Shown here: positions 49,129-59,412 of the stretch, in pieces
Position numbering within the stretch: position 1 is the stretch's first letter
Layout: the number at the start of each line of letters is the position of its first letter
Assembly (NCBI GenBank): GCA_022561755.1
Contig: JADFQN010000001.1
Coordinates: 747-64,746 of the forward strand
Reading direction: 5' to 3'
DNA length: 64,000 bases
DNA from: Bacteroidota bacterium
Lineage (GTDB): Bacteria > Bacteroidota > Rhodothermia > Rhodothermales > Rubricoccaceae
The notes under the pieces: model-generated
The model's input: the letters and a program-made list of their open reading frames with translations, nothing else
What the model was told of the DNA's origin: nothing
Database searches by the model: none
Program-made: the position numbers and the translations under genes

Positions 49129-49695
49129 ATGACATTGCGGTTCGCCTCCCTTTCGCTTTTCGTTCTGCTCTGTGCTGTGTCGGTATGTGGTGCGCCGGTG
49201 TGCGCGCAGATCTCATTGGCCGATCGTCTTGAGGATCTACGGCGCGGAACCGCCGTGCGCCTTGCGCTGGCCGCACACGCCGAGATGCGCGCCTACGACG
49301 TAACGGTGGAGGCCGCCGACGGCGTGGTGGTTCTTTCGGGCCTCGTACCCACGCTCGGCGCCCGCGACCGCGTGGTTAGTTACGTCAGCAGCCTGCCGGA
49401 TGTACGCATTGTGCGCAGTACGTTGCGGCTGGAAGGACAGCCCAATAATCCTCTCGAAGTTCCCGTCGTGCTTCTCCAGGAAGAGGGAGCGGAGGTCGCC
49501 GAGGAACAGCGAGAGGAGTTGGAAGCGCCGGATCAGGAGCCTGCCGAAGCAGGGCCGCGCTACCACACCGTACGCCGGGGCGACACGCTCTACGGCATCG
49601 CGCGGCGCCATGAGACCACGATTAGCGCTATCAGCCGACTGAACAACCTGCGTTCAACTACTTTGCGTGTTGGGCAGAGATTGCGGGTAAAATGA
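49129..49695 (+). CDS. BON domain plus LysM domain protein
   Basis: Has a signal peptide, a BON-like segment YDVTVEAADGVVVLSGLVPTLGARDRVVSYV and a C-terminal LysM YHTVRRGDTLYGIARRHETTISAISRLNNL. Confidence 0.8.
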   Translation: MTLRFASLSLFVLLCAVSVCGAPVCAQISLADRLEDLRRGTAVRLALAAHAEMRAYDVTVEAADGVVVLSGLVPTLGARDRVVSYVSSLPDVRIVRSTLRLEGQPNNPLEVPVVLLQEEGAEVAEEQREELEAPDQEPAEAGPRYHTVRRGDTLYGIARRHETTISAISRLNNLRSTTLRVGQRLRVK

Positions 49696-49702
49696 TGTCC
49701 AC

Positions 49703-50449
49703 CTATCCTCGCGCAAGTCCTGTTCGTGTACGGTAGATATTGCTATTCCGAAATAGCCGGTACGGATTGAGCTTGCGGCCACGGTAGAGCTGCCCCGGCC
49801 GGCCGCCACCGGTCTCGATCACCTGGAAGTGCAAGTGGGCCACGGTGTAGCGCGCATTGCCGGAATTGCCCACGTAACCCAACGTGTCCCCCTGAAAGAT
49901 GGTTCGTCCCACTTCGATGCCCGGGGCGTAGTCGTCGAGGTGGGCATAGTAGAAGGCGTACCGGCCGTCCGGGCTCTGGGCGTAGAGCACGTTGCCTCCG
50001 AGGCGGTTTGTGTGCTTCCTGATGATCGAACCATCTGAGACTGCGACGACGGGCGTTCCCCGATCCGCCGCAATATCGATGGCCTGGTGTGCCCGCCCGC
50101 CTGATCTGCGGGCGTAGAACGAATCATCCAGATCATCAGGGTTGAAACCGGCAACAGGCACCATCAACCGGTTCAGCGAGAACACCAGTTCAACAGGCTC
50201 AATGGGGATATCTACCGGTACGCCCGCTGCTTCCATCGCCTCGGCGGATATGCCGCCGATCTTAGGGTCGAGCACGCCAACCCTGGGAATGGTGTCGGTC
50301 TGGGCCACGAGGTATACGGGAAGCTCGAATCGTGGCTCGGAAGCGGCAGGCTCGGCGCTCGACAGCGCAGCCACGCCCACGAATGCGGGTAGGCATACAG
50401 CCAGTGTTAGAGCCACGCGAATACGGTTCGACGTCATGAAGCAGGTCAT
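49703..50449 (-). CDS. M23 family metallopeptidase
   Basis: Motifs HQAIDIAADRGTPV and GNSGNARYTVAHLHFQV. The start is set at 50449, which forms an ATGA overlap with the upstream proline dehydrogenase stop. The track's longer ORF is antisense-like Arg/Pro-rich. Confidence 0.85.
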   Translation of the reverse strand: MTCFMTSNRIRVALTLAVCLPAFVGVAALSSAEPAASEPRFELPVYLVAQTDTIPRVGVLDPKIGGISAEAMEAAGVPVDIPIEPVELVFSLNRLMVPVAGFNPDDLDDSFYARRSGGRAHQAIDIAADRGTPVVAVSDGSIIRKHTNRLGGNVLYAQSPDGRYAFYYAHLDDYAPGIEVGRTIFQGDTLGYVGNSGNARYTVAHLHFQVIETGGGRPGQLYRGRKLNPYRLFRNSNIYRTRTGLARG

Positions 50450-51309
50450 TTGCGGAGGAGGTTCTTCACGAGGAAGCCCACGTTCTCCTTGCGCTCGCGG
50501 AGGCGGCGAGAGAAGTAGGGAAGCCACTGGGTACCGTAGGGAACGTAGACACGCATGTTGTAGCCCTCGGCTACGAGGTTCCGTTGGGTTTCGGCGCGGA
50601 TGCCGTACAGCATCTGGAACTCGAAGTCGTTGGGGTCGATGGCCGCTTCGGTGGCAAAGGCTTTGGTGGCATTGATCAGTTCGTCGTCGTGGGTTGCAAT
50701 GCCGGGATAGCGCGCGTGGAGCAGCAGCATCCGCATGTATTGGCGGAATTGTTCGCGAATCGTAACCATGTCCTGATGCGCCAATTCGGGCGGTTCGCGG
50801 TAAGCCCCTTTGCAAAGGCGGACGCGCGCTTTTAGCTCGCACATCCGTTCCACGTCGCGCTCGGTTCGCTTGAGGTAGGCCTGAAGGACGACACCCACAT
50901 AATTACCAAAGTCGGGGTGAACTTCCTCAAGAATGTTGATGGTTGATTGCGTGAGGTCACCGTCCTCCATGTCGAGCCGTACAAACGTATGCGTTTGCCG
51001 CGCGACGGTGAGGAGCCGCTTGAGGTTGGCAACGCAAAAGTCGTGATCGATCACCTGACCGATCATGGAGAGCTTGATCGAGATATTTGCGTCGCCGCCA
51101 CCGCGGCGGTGGGCGAGGCGCTGTACGAGATCAACGTAGTCGTGCGTGTAGGCCTCGGCCGCCTGTCGGTCGTCCACGTGCTCGCCCAGAAGGTCGAGCG
51201 TAACGAACAGGCCATCGGCGAGGAGACGATCGACGACAGGGAGGGTTTTGTCGAGCGTCTCGCCGGCTACAAACCGACGGGCAAGAACGAAGGGCAGCTT
51301 CATACACAA
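50446..51309 (-). CDS. Proline dehydrogenase family protein
   Basis: 287 aa with PRODH barrel segments ISIKLSMIG, VRLDMED, RLCKGAY and FQMLYGI. Confidence 0.85.
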   Translation of the reverse strand: MCMKLPFVLARRFVAGETLDKTLPVVDRLLADGLFVTLDLLGEHVDDRQAAEAYTHDYVDLVQRLAHRRGGGDANISIKLSMIGQVIDHDFCVANLKRLLTVARQTHTFVRLDMEDGDLTQSTINILEEVHPDFGNYVGVVLQAYLKRTERDVERMCELKARVRLCKGAYREPPELAHQDMVTIREQFRQYMRMLLLHARYPGIATHDDELINATKAFATEAAIDPNDFEFQMLYGIRAETQRNLVAEGYNMRVYVPYGTQWLPYFSRRLRERKENVGFLVKNLLRK

Positions 51310-51601
51310 AGTGGCAGAGGCCGCGCGCTACTCCGCGAAGCCGTCCAAAACTACGGTTTAGCCGGTTTCGCTTCAATCGAAGCCCTATTGAATACGCTTG
51401 GATCTCACAGCCGAAGCCTTACGGCCAAAGCTCAACAGTCATCGTAAATGGAACGGCATATGCACACAATGGGGCAGGTGGTGGAATAGGGCGTCAGAAC
51501 CCTGAAGCCACATCCGCCACCAACCGCGCATTACGAATTCGCCCTCCCTGGGGCAGAATTGTGCGCCTCCGACATTTGCTCCCATCAGCTATCCGTTCGG
51601 T

Positions 51602-54379
51602 TTGTCCGAGAAATCACTTCTTGAGCCTGAGCTTCTGGAAGCGGCGGAGTCCGGTCGTCTGCTTGATGACGCAGCGTTGCTGGCCGCCATCCAACCCGAA
51701 GATGACGTAACCGGAAATCGCTCGGTGCATTTCTTCCGGCGTTTCGTCGATGGGTTCCTCCCTAGGCATCTTCTGCGCGGCGACTTGGACGTTCGCCGTC
51801 GAGCGCGGTTTGTGGTAATACTTGGCCTGCTACTGATCCCCTCATACGGTCTGCTCGTCCAGCAATTGTGGTCATACGGGCTCATTGGTCAGTCAATCAT
51901 CGCGCTCATAGGTGGGATTATTTCCGCGGGTTGCGTCGGAGTGCTCAAGATATCCCGCTCTTACGTCTGGCCGGGAATGGTGATTTGTTTGGTGTTCGGT
52001 TTCGTGATTTTCTTCCAAGCGTTTACCGACGCTGGAATGCGTGATCCGATCCTTTACTGGTTAGGGTTTGTTCCCCTCGCGGCAGCACTGACCATCGGAG
52101 CACGGTTTTCTGTCTTCGTCACGATTCTCAACCTGCTGGGCATCAGCACGTTGTACATACTAACCGTCTCAGGCCACCAATTTCCCCACCTCACGCCCCC
52201 CACCACACTCGATTTCGGCGCATTGCTTGTGGTTTCAGTTGGTTCCCTGTTCGCTCTGTTGTGGGGGTGGTTTTACGAGGGGCATACCCTACGCGAGTTG
52301 AGGGCCCTGAACGCGCGTATAACGAGTTTTAAATTGGCGCTGGCGAGTAGCGAAGAGCGGTACCAGACACTGTTCGATAACGTCCCGGAGGGCGTGTATC
52401 GGAGCACGCCGGAAGGAAAGATTCTCATGGCCAACCGGGCGCTGGTTTCGCTCTTGGGGCTCGAGACGGAAGAGGAAGTAAAGGCGCTGTCTCCCGAGAG
52501 AGACATTTACGCCTACCCCGAGCAACGCAAGCACTTCCAGGAGCGCATTGAATCTGAGGGTGAGGCCCGCCAGTTTTCCACGGTATGGAAGCGAAAAGAT
52601 GGCCGGCATCTGCACGTACGGGAGAACGCACGTGTGGTATTGGACAAGGAAGGAAAGCCGCTTTTCTACGAGGGCATCGTAGAGGACGTAACGGCCCAGC
52701 GTCGCGTGCAGCAGGCCCTGGAGAAGAGCGAAGAACGCTTCCGTTCATTGGTGCAGCATTCGTCCGATATCATCACCGTGCTCGACGGATTTGGGACCAT
52801 TACGTACCTCAGTCCCTCAGTCGAAAGCCTTCTGGGCTATTCGCCGGACGAGATGATGGGGCAAAATCCCTTCGAGCGCATCCACCCTGAGGATCGCCGG
52901 AGAATGGGCGTGTTGCTGAAAAAGATTGTCAGGAAAAGCGGCGTGTATGGGAGCGTAGAGTTCCGAATGCGCCACGCGAAAGGCCACTATGTGTACATCG
53001 AATCGGTCGGCGCCAACCTGCTACACGATGTCAACGTGGGCGGTATTGTGCTCAATTCACGCGACATCACGGAGCGTAAGCGCGCCGAGGCCGTGCTCGT
53101 GGCTGCCAAGGAACAGGCCGAGGAGGCCGCGCGCCTGAAGAGCAACTTCCTGGCAAACATGAGCCACGAAATCCGTACGCCGCTAACGGGTATTCTCGGC
53201 TTTTCCAGCATCCTCGCTGAGGAAATAACCGATCCCGAGCATCGGGAGTTCGTGACGCTCATCGAGAAGAGCGGCCGCCGCCTCATGGAAACGCTGAACT
53301 CCGTTCTCGACCTGGCTCGTCTCGAATCGGGACGCATGGAGTTGACCATGGAGCCCGTACTGGTTGCCGAGGCCGTCCACCAGGTCGTCAATCTCATGCA
53401 GCCCATGGCGGAGGATCGAAACATCCTGCTTCAGGAAGCCATATCGCACCCCGAGGCCGAAGCTAACCTCGATGTAGGCGCCCTGAACCGTGTGCTGACC
53501 AACCTCGTCGGCAATGCCATCAAATTCACTGAGGAGGGCAGTGTAACGGTCGAAATGGACGCGAGCCCATCGACGATTGTACTTCGTGTCCGCGATACCG
53601 GCGTAGGTATCGATGTAGAGTTTTTGCCACGCCTGTTTAACGAATTCGAGCAAGAATCCACAGGGATGGGGCGCAGCCACGAGGGGTCCGGGCTCGGCCT
53701 CACGATCACCCATCAACTGGTGAAACGGATGAAGGGCGCCATCTCCGTAGAAAGCACAAAGGGCGTCGGCTCTGTGTTTGAAGTTCGCTTTCCCCGCACC
53801 GTGCAGCCCTCATCACGCCCTGATATCGCACCAGACCAACACGAGGCTATACCAGATCCTGAGGAGGGCAAAGGCCGTAGCGTCCTGGTCGTAGATGATA
53901 ATGAAACCACGCGATTCCTAATGGAGCGTATGCTGGAAGCCGAGTACGAGACGCATGCGGCCGGAACGGCGGAGGATGCTTTGGCAGCCGCTCAGAACGT
54001 TCGCTACGATGCCGTCCTGATGGACATCAACCTCGGCGCCAAGACATCTGGAGAGGACGTAATGCACCGTCTACGCGGCCTTGAGAACTATGCACAGGTT
54101 CCCATCGTCGCGTTCACCGCGTATGCGTTGCCGGGCGATCACGAGCGGTTCCTGAGCGCAGGGTTCGACGGCTATCTGTCGAAGCCGTTCACCAAACCAC
54201 AGGTGTTGGCTCTCTTGGGTGAACTGATCGAGGGTGAGAACAGCAGGCACGAACTGCCCCCTGCGGAGGATGGCATGCACATGATCATACCGGGTTCGGG
54301 CACCAGGTTGGCCGATCGGTCGGCTCTTGAAGAGCGAGAAACAGACGAGCGCTCGATCCCACCTGAATCGGTAGCGTAG
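51602..54379 (+). CDS. Hybrid sensor histidine kinase / response regulator with multi-TM N-terminus and PAS domains
   Basis: H-box [11 protein letters not shown], HATPase segments (NLVGNAIKFT, DTGVGI, GSGLGLTI) and a receiver domain (VLVVDDNE...DINLG). TTG start in the track, so the true start is uncertain. Confidence 0.85.
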   Translation: MSEKSLLEPELLEAAESGRLLDDAALLAAIQPEDDVTGNRSVHFFRRFVDGFLPRHLLRGDLDVRRRARFVVILGLLLIPSYGLLVQQLWSYGLIGQSIIALIGGIISAGCVGVLKISRSYVWPGMVICLVFGFVIFFQAFTDAGMRDPILYWLGFVPLAAALTIGARFSVFVTILNLLGISTLYILTVSGHQFPHLTPPTTLDFGALLVVSVGSLFALLWGWFYEGHTLRELRALNARITSFKLALASSEERYQTLFDNVPEGVYRSTPEGKILMANRALVSLLGLETEEEVKALSPERDIYAYPEQRKHFQERIESEGEARQFSTVWKRKDGRHLHVRENARVVLDKEGKPLFYEGIVEDVTAQRRVQQALEKSEERFRSLVQHSSDIITVLDGFGTITYLSPSVESLLGYSPDEMMGQNPFERIHPEDRRRMGVLLKKIVRKSGVYGSVEFRMRHAKGHYVYIESVGANLLHDVNVGGIVLNSRDITERKRAEAVLVAAKEQAEEAARLKSNFLANMSHEIRTPLTGILGFSSILAEEITDPEHREFVTLIEKSGRRLMETLNSVLDLARLESGRMELTMEPVLVAEAVHQVVNLMQPMAEDRNILLQEAISHPEAEANLDVGALNRVLTNLVGNAIKFTEEGSVTVEMDASPSTIVLRVRDTGVGIDVEFLPRLFNEFEQESTGMGRSHEGSGLGLTITHQLVKRMKGAISVESTKGVGSVFEVRFPRTVQPSSRPDIAPDQHEAIPDPEEGKGRSVLVVDDNETTRFLMERMLEAEYETHAAGTAEDALAAAQNVRYDAVLMDINLGAKTSGEDVMHRLRGLENYAQVPIVAFTAYALPGDHERFLSAGFDGYLSKPFTKPQVLALLGELIEGENSRHELPPAEDGMHMIIPGSGTRLADRSALEERETDERSIPPESVA

Positions 54380-54441
54380 GTGATCCGGGCTGAACCGGCC
54401 CACTGTTGAAGCGTCTCAGGCGAGGATCGAAACCCACCGCC

Positions 54442-55092
54442 ATGCACGAGGCCCGTTCCATTGCAGACATGCGTGAGGAGTACTCCCAGGCTTTGCTTAC
54501 CAAGGCCAGCGTTGCGGAAGAACCCATCGCCCAGTTACGTGTGTGGCTCGATGCAGCACGCGCCGTGGAGGAACGGGAACCTACGGCAATGGCGCTCGCC
54601 ACCGTGTCCGGTGATGGTCGCCCGTCCGTGCGCATGGTGTTGCTGAATGGTCTTGATGAGGGCGGGTTGGCCTTCTACACCAACCTGGAAAGCCGCAAAG
54701 GCCGCCAGTTGAAGGCCAATCCGAACGCTGCGCTCACGTTCTGGTGGCCTGCGCTGGAACGGCAGGTGAGGGTAGAAGGACGTGTAGAGCGGATTGCTGA
54801 GGCAGTGGCCGAGGCCTATTTCAGCAGCCGCCCGCTGGAGAGCAGGCTTGGGGCGTGGGCTTCACCTCAAAGCCGGCCGTTGGAGAGCCGTGAAGAGTTG
54901 GATGCACGCCTGGAGGCGATCCGCTCCGAGTTTGACGACGACGACATCCCCCTTCCACCTCACTGGGGCGGCTTCCGTGTCGTACCGGATCGGTTCGAGT
55001 TCTGGCAGGGCCGCGCAAGCCGCCTCCACGACTGTATCGAGTACTTGCTGGACACTCAGGGCGACTGGGCGATCACGCGGCTCGCGCCGTGA
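54442..55092 (+). CDS. pdxH: Pyridoxamine 5'-phosphate oxidase
   Basis: RMVLLNGLDEGGLAFYTNLESRKGRQL and the C-terminal HWGGFRVVPDRFEFWQGRASRLHD. Trimmed to the ATG at 54442. Confidence 0.9.
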   Translation: MHEARSIADMREEYSQALLTKASVAEEPIAQLRVWLDAARAVEEREPTAMALATVSGDGRPSVRMVLLNGLDEGGLAFYTNLESRKGRQLKANPNAALTFWWPALERQVRVEGRVERIAEAVAEAYFSSRPLESRLGAWASPQSRPLESREELDARLEAIRSEFDDDDIPLPPHWGGFRVVPDRFEFWQGRASRLHDCIEYLLDTQGDWAITRLAP

Positions 55093-55112
55093 GCAACCTC
55101 CCATGAGGCTGC

Positions 55113-55640
55113 TCAGCGATACGCTTCAAACACCCGCGCAAAGAAACCGTGGCTCCTGGCTCCCTGAACGATCTCCTGGAGGACACCATTCCGGTCGATT
55201 ACGAAGGTCATGGGGCGTCGCAATCGAGCCATGCTATAGGGGTCCACGATCTCATCCGGGACGAAGCGCCCGTACGTCCCTTTGAACTCGCGTCCGGCCA
55301 GGTACGAGCGAATCAGATCTGCCGGTTCTTCGGATAGGAAGACTACGGTAAGATCATCCGGATGCTCCTCCTGAAGAGCCTCCAGCGCAGGCATTTCCGT
55401 TCGGCATGGCCCACACCACGTGGCCCAGAAGTTGACCAGTACCACCTTGCCGCGAAAGGCATCGACATCCATCATGACCTGATCGGAAACGTGCCGGAAC
55501 GACAGCGGCGGCGCATCGGTCGGAGAGGGACGCAGGCCCGAGCATCCGCCGAAAAAAAAGAACACGACCGGAGCCATCCACAATGGCCAATGACGCTGAT
55601 TCCGCTTGGTAGATTTGGGGCGCACGACGTTCTTCGGCAT
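55113..55640 (-). CDS. TlpA-family thiol:disulfide oxidoreductase (thioredoxin fold)
   Basis: 175 aa with a signal/anchor segment and the motif VLVNFWATWCGPCRTEMP. Confidence 0.85.
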   Translation of the reverse strand: MPKNVVRPKSTKRNQRHWPLWMAPVVFFFFGGCSGLRPSPTDAPPLSFRHVSDQVMMDVDAFRGKVVLVNFWATWCGPCRTEMPALEALQEEHPDDLTVVFLSEEPADLIRSYLAGREFKGTYGRFVPDEIVDPYSMARLRRPMTFVIDRNGVLQEIVQGARSHGFFARVFEAYR

Positions 55641-55674
55641 TACTGCGCGAAGATAGGGCCCGCCACGGGTGTGC

Positions 55675-57813
55675 TCAGGACGTTGTCTGGGCTGACTGAA
55701 CTGCTATGCCGTCACCGCCGACGGGCGCCGAGACAGGAGGCGGCGCCGCGCGAAGAAAGACGCGGAAGACACTGCCCTGCCCCTTCCGGCTGGTAACCGT
55801 AATCCGGCCGCCCATCAGATCCACGATGCGTTCGGCAAGAGCCAGCCGAAGGCCTGAGCCGGCGTCCGCGTGCGATGGTTCGCCATTTTCGCGCTTGAAC
55901 TCATCGAACAAGTGGGGGAGGAAGTCTTCGTCGATCCCCGAACCGGTATCCTGAACATCGAGGCAAACCCACTCGTTCTCCGCAGAAACGCGCAGCCGGA
56001 TTCCCCCTTTCTCGGTGAACTTCAGGGCGTTGGAAACCAGGTTGTCCAGCACACGGGTTAGCCCCCCTTTGTCGGCCCAGGCAAAGATCGGTTGTTCGGC
56101 GCCTTCGCAAACAAAAGCGAGTTCGCGCTTGGCGGCCTGCCCCTCAAACACGCGCGCCGTGTCCAGAACGAGTTCTCCGATCGATACGGGCTCAAGGGGC
56201 GGCGCGTCGCCTCCGGATTCCAGGCGCTCCATGTCCATCACCGAGTTCAGCGTTTGAATCAGCCGTTCGCTGCTTCCGAGAATGGTCTGCGCCATCTCGA
56301 GCTGGTCGTCATCGAGCTCGTCGACCAGGAACTCGGCATAGCCGAGAATGGACGTGAGTGCAGTGCGGATCTCGTGGCTCATTCTTGCAAGGAGAGCACT
56401 CTTTGCCCGCGTTGTCTGTTTGGCCTGATCTCGCTCGGCGACCAGCGTGGCCTCTCGTTGCCGCTCGGCGCTGATATCCACCAACGCCAACTGCGCGGCG
56501 GCCCGCTCCTCGTAAGCAATGGGCGAGGCCGTGATGCGTACGAGGCGTTCGTCGCCGGCATTGTTTTGCAGATAAACTTCGGTGGGCGCTGGCTTCGCGT
56601 GTGGCGCCTGCGCGAGGAAGGAGGCCAACTGATCGCGGCCGGCCTCCGATGCACACGCGAGGAGCGTTCGTCTTTCAACGGCGCCGGCGCTAAAACCGAG
56701 CATCTCTCTTGCTGCCTCGTTTGCCAGCAGAAGATTGCCTTCAAGTCCGTCTACGATGGTAATCGGGATCGGGCCAGCCTCGATGATCTCGGCCGGTAAT
56801 TCTCCCTGTGATTCTCCGTCCGGCTTGCCGAGGGAAGCGGCGAGCGGGGCAAACGCGAGTTGAAGCGCAGTTAGTTCGGCGTCCCCCCACGGCGATCCCC
56901 GATCCAGCAGAACGAAGCCGGGGTGGGCATCTTCCACCGCAAGGGGGATGGCCGCAACGAACTGTGCCTGGCCGGCGGTGAGGAAGGGCCCGGTTGCCTC
57001 TTCCGAAACCGGTGTCCGCGCCATGAGGGCCTGGGGCCATGACCCAAGGCCTTCAGAATCGAAATCAAGTGCATCGCCGGGCCTGGCGATCGGTTCAGCG
57101 CCTGTTGCCTGCCATGCAGCGTCGCATGTAGCTGCCAGTCGGCCGTCTGCACCGGTCGTGTGGACAAAGAGCGCAGCCCGCGTGCAGGAGGCGGCAGGTC
57201 CGATGTGCCCAAGGGCATCAGAAAAATTGTTGGCTCCAGCCGTAAGCGCATCGCTTGCGGCCAGGGCGGCGGTAGATAGTGCGTGGCAATGACCTAGCGA
57301 GGATGCCGAAGCTTCCTGCTCGCGACGCGCCTGGACCAACTGCAACACGGGCTCCACCAGCGCGCCTATATTCGCAAGCATGGCCATGCCCGCACCGTTG
57401 AGTTCCTGTGCGGTCGTGTCCATGATGGCCAGCGTACCCAGTCTGAAGCCCTGTGCGCTCCTTAGTGGTACACCGGCGTACAGCCGGGCTGGGTTCTCTT
57501 CGTGGATTAGCGGATTTTTTTCGAACCGGCTATCAAGCGATGCGTCGGCAACCGCGACAGGTATCGACGGGCCGTCTTCTCGTCGAAACAGAACGGCATC
57601 GTCTGGAAGCGTGTCCACGTCGAAACCGAATGCCGCCGCCACCTTTTCCTGGCCGTCCTCCCGGCGCAGCGTAAGGAAGGAGTACGTCACGTTAAAGAAC
57701 TGCCCAGTGAACCGGACAATCCGCTCCAACTCGTCCTCTGAAGGCGCGTCGTCGAGCACGAAGAACCGTTTTAGTGCGTCGAGCCGTTGTTGATCTTCGG
57801 GCGCAAGGGTCAT
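55675..57813 (-). CDS. Sensor histidine kinase with GAF and PAS-like domains
   Basis: 712 aa with the H-box SHEIRTALTSI and HATPase segments NLVSNALKFT, DTGSGI and GSGLRLALA. Confidence 0.85.
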   Translation of the reverse strand: MTLAPEDQQRLDALKRFFVLDDAPSEDELERIVRFTGQFFNVTYSFLTLRREDGQEKVAAAFGFDVDTLPDDAVLFRREDGPSIPVAVADASLDSRFEKNPLIHEENPARLYAGVPLRSAQGFRLGTLAIMDTTAQELNGAGMAMLANIGALVEPVLQLVQARREQEASASSLGHCHALSTAALAASDALTAGANNFSDALGHIGPAASCTRAALFVHTTGADGRLAATCDAAWQATGAEPIARPGDALDFDSEGLGSWPQALMARTPVSEEATGPFLTAGQAQFVAAIPLAVEDAHPGFVLLDRGSPWGDAELTALQLAFAPLAASLGKPDGESQGELPAEIIEAGPIPITIVDGLEGNLLLANEAAREMLGFSAGAVERRTLLACASEAGRDQLASFLAQAPHAKPAPTEVYLQNNAGDERLVRITASPIAYEERAAAQLALVDISAERQREATLVAERDQAKQTTRAKSALLARMSHEIRTALTSILGYAEFLVDELDDDQLEMAQTILGSSERLIQTLNSVMDMERLESGGDAPPLEPVSIGELVLDTARVFEGQAAKRELAFVCEGAEQPIFAWADKGGLTRVLDNLVSNALKFTEKGGIRLRVSAENEWVCLDVQDTGSGIDEDFLPHLFDEFKRENGEPSHADAGSGLRLALAERIVDLMGGRITVTSRKGQGSVFRVFLRAAPPPVSAPVGGDGIAVQSAQTTS

Positions 57814-57969
57814 GGCGGAGACATGTGCGAGTGGGTTGTATCGGCATTCTCAGCGCACTTTTTAAGCCATTTGGGGCCTACTCACAGTAAATCATGAAGG
57901 ACCGTTTCGGGCCATTCTGGAACGCTTCGGCATTGCACTCCCTGCATTCCCGCAACTAGTGCTGGACGG

Positions 57970-58198
57970 GGCAGGCTGTCGTCCGGGAAACCCCTCCCTC
58001 CAGGGGCGGCGTACTGCGCTGCCGTATAGGCAAGTGGGGGGCAATCCGTGGATTCCGCGAAGCGGGAGACGGAGGGTGTGGCCCCGACCTCCTCGCGCGC
58101 CTTGAATCGGCCTCTCCGCAGTACTGCGGGGTGCCTCGAACTCAACCGAGATGCACTCGCCTCGCTACGAACCCCTAAATCCAACAGACTCCTAGCCG
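57970..58198. repeat. Degenerate repeat region: GC-rich hairpins plus a TIR-like right end
   Basis: CCCCTCCCTCCAGGGG and CCGCAGTACTGCGG hairpins are present. CGCGAAGCGGGAGACGGAGGGTGT resembles 35971-35994. CAACAGACTCC|TA at 58182-58194 resembles the element right end and supplies the TAG stop of the SixA-like gene. A weak left end AGGCTGTCG lies near 57972. Confidence 0.3.
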
Positions 58199-58695
58199 TT
58201 TTTTTCCTTTACTGCTTTCGGAATGACGAGCCAAATCAGGTTGCCATACCCCCACGACACGTCGGCCCACCGCTGCACCATCACGTCTATGCGTGCCATC
58301 GCGGCCGTGGGCATGCGAATGGTGCCGCCCCCAACCAGTTGCTCGACCGTAGACGACCAGGTGGGCTCGTGCCCCGCCAGGATGATGGAGGAAGCGTTGT
58401 CGCTCGTGGCACGGATGACACTCAGGACGTTGCGCGGGGTGGCGTGATAGAGGGTCTCTGAAGCGCGAATGGGCTCCAGCCATCCGCCTGCTTCGTGGGC
58501 GAGTTCCATTGTGGTGCGCGCACGGATGGCCGTGGACGTAAGGCACACATCCGGGAGGAGCCCCGAAGCGGCAAGAAAGCGCCCCATCCGCTTGGCATCT
58601 CGCACGCCCCGTTTTGCCAGAGGCCGCTCGTGGTCGTGGCCAAAGGGCGCGTCCCAATCGGACTTGCCGTGGCGAAACAGGATGATGGTTTTCAT
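58192..58695 (-). CDS. SixA-type histidine phosphatase family protein
   Basis: 167 aa with the N-terminal RHG motif ILFRHGKSDW and a second catalytic His in LAGHEPT. Confidence 0.8.
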   Translation of the reverse strand: MKTIILFRHGKSDWDAPFGHDHERPLAKRGVRDAKRMGRFLAASGLLPDVCLTSTAIRARTTMELAHEAGGWLEPIRASETLYHATPRNVLSVIRATSDNASSIILAGHEPTWSSTVEQLVGGGTIRMPTAAMARIDVMVQRWADVSWGYGNLIWLVIPKAVKEKNG

Positions 58696-58729
58696 AGCTC
58701 CGCGGCGGCGGTCATGCTAAGGCGTCATG

Positions 58730-59404
58730 TTACGGGGTCAGCCCAGGTATGGGCGTCGATATTTCAGGGATCTGTCCGGATTGCGCTGCGAAATAGAAAG
58801 CGATGATGAAGGCGACAACGCCAATGACCAGGCCAACCATAAACACCGTGTACGAAACGCGGAGGAGGCGGTACTTCTTTCTGAGAACGAGACCAAGCCC
58901 GTAGATGTCCAGAATCATGGTGTGATACAGATTATCGGGGTTCCTCATCAGCTCCTCCATGCCAGTCACGAAATCATCCCGCGCCATATTGGAGAAGTTC
59001 CCGAAGAAGAGAATGTTGGCCAGACCGCCTCGTACGTGTTCGAGGGTAACCGGCTCGCTCCGCACGCGCGGTATTGCCGACAGCACGGCAAAGACGAGGG
59101 AGATCACGCAAGCCACAAGGAGCAGGCTGGTTGGCACAAGCAATATCGGGTTCGAGTCGATCTTGGGCGAGATGGCCGCAAGTAGGATCGACACGATCAG
59201 GCCATTGATCGAAATCATGATATTGGCCTTCGCGTCTGCAAGCCCACTGAGATCCATGTTCACACGGTATAATGTGCGGAACATGGTCTCGATGCCTCGA
59301 CCGAGCTTTTGGGGTTTGCTTGTTACATTTTCGGCGTCAGGTTTCTGGGTGAATCCGGCCTGCGTGGAAGGGCCTTCGTGAGAAGTTGGCATGGTCTTGT
59401 GCAA
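58730..59404 (-). CDS. DUF5706 / Pycsar-effector-like transmembrane protein (stand-alone, no HD domain)
   Basis: 224 aa. Segments match my memory of the family: FRTLYRVNMDLSGLADAKANIMISINGLIVSILL, NILFFGNFSNM and LYHTMILDIYGLGLVLRKKYRLLRVSYTVFMVGLVIGVVAFIIA. There are about 3-4 TM helices. Confidence 0.75.
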   Translation of the reverse strand: MHKTMPTSHEGPSTQAGFTQKPDAENVTSKPQKLGRGIETMFRTLYRVNMDLSGLADAKANIMISINGLIVSILLAAISPKIDSNPILLVPTSLLLVACVISLVFAVLSAIPRVRSEPVTLEHVRGGLANILFFGNFSNMARDDFVTGMEELMRNPDNLYHTMILDIYGLGLVLRKKYRLLRVSYTVFMVGLVIGVVAFIIAFYFAAQSGQIPEISTPIPGLTP

Positions 59405-59412
59405 TCTGCTTA

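Noticed and set aside
58730-59404. Calling this a Pycsar anti-phage system.
   Set aside because: Only the effector-like membrane domain is present. I found no nucleotide cyclase (PycC-like) gene in this window, and the domain is also widespread in non-defence HD fusions.
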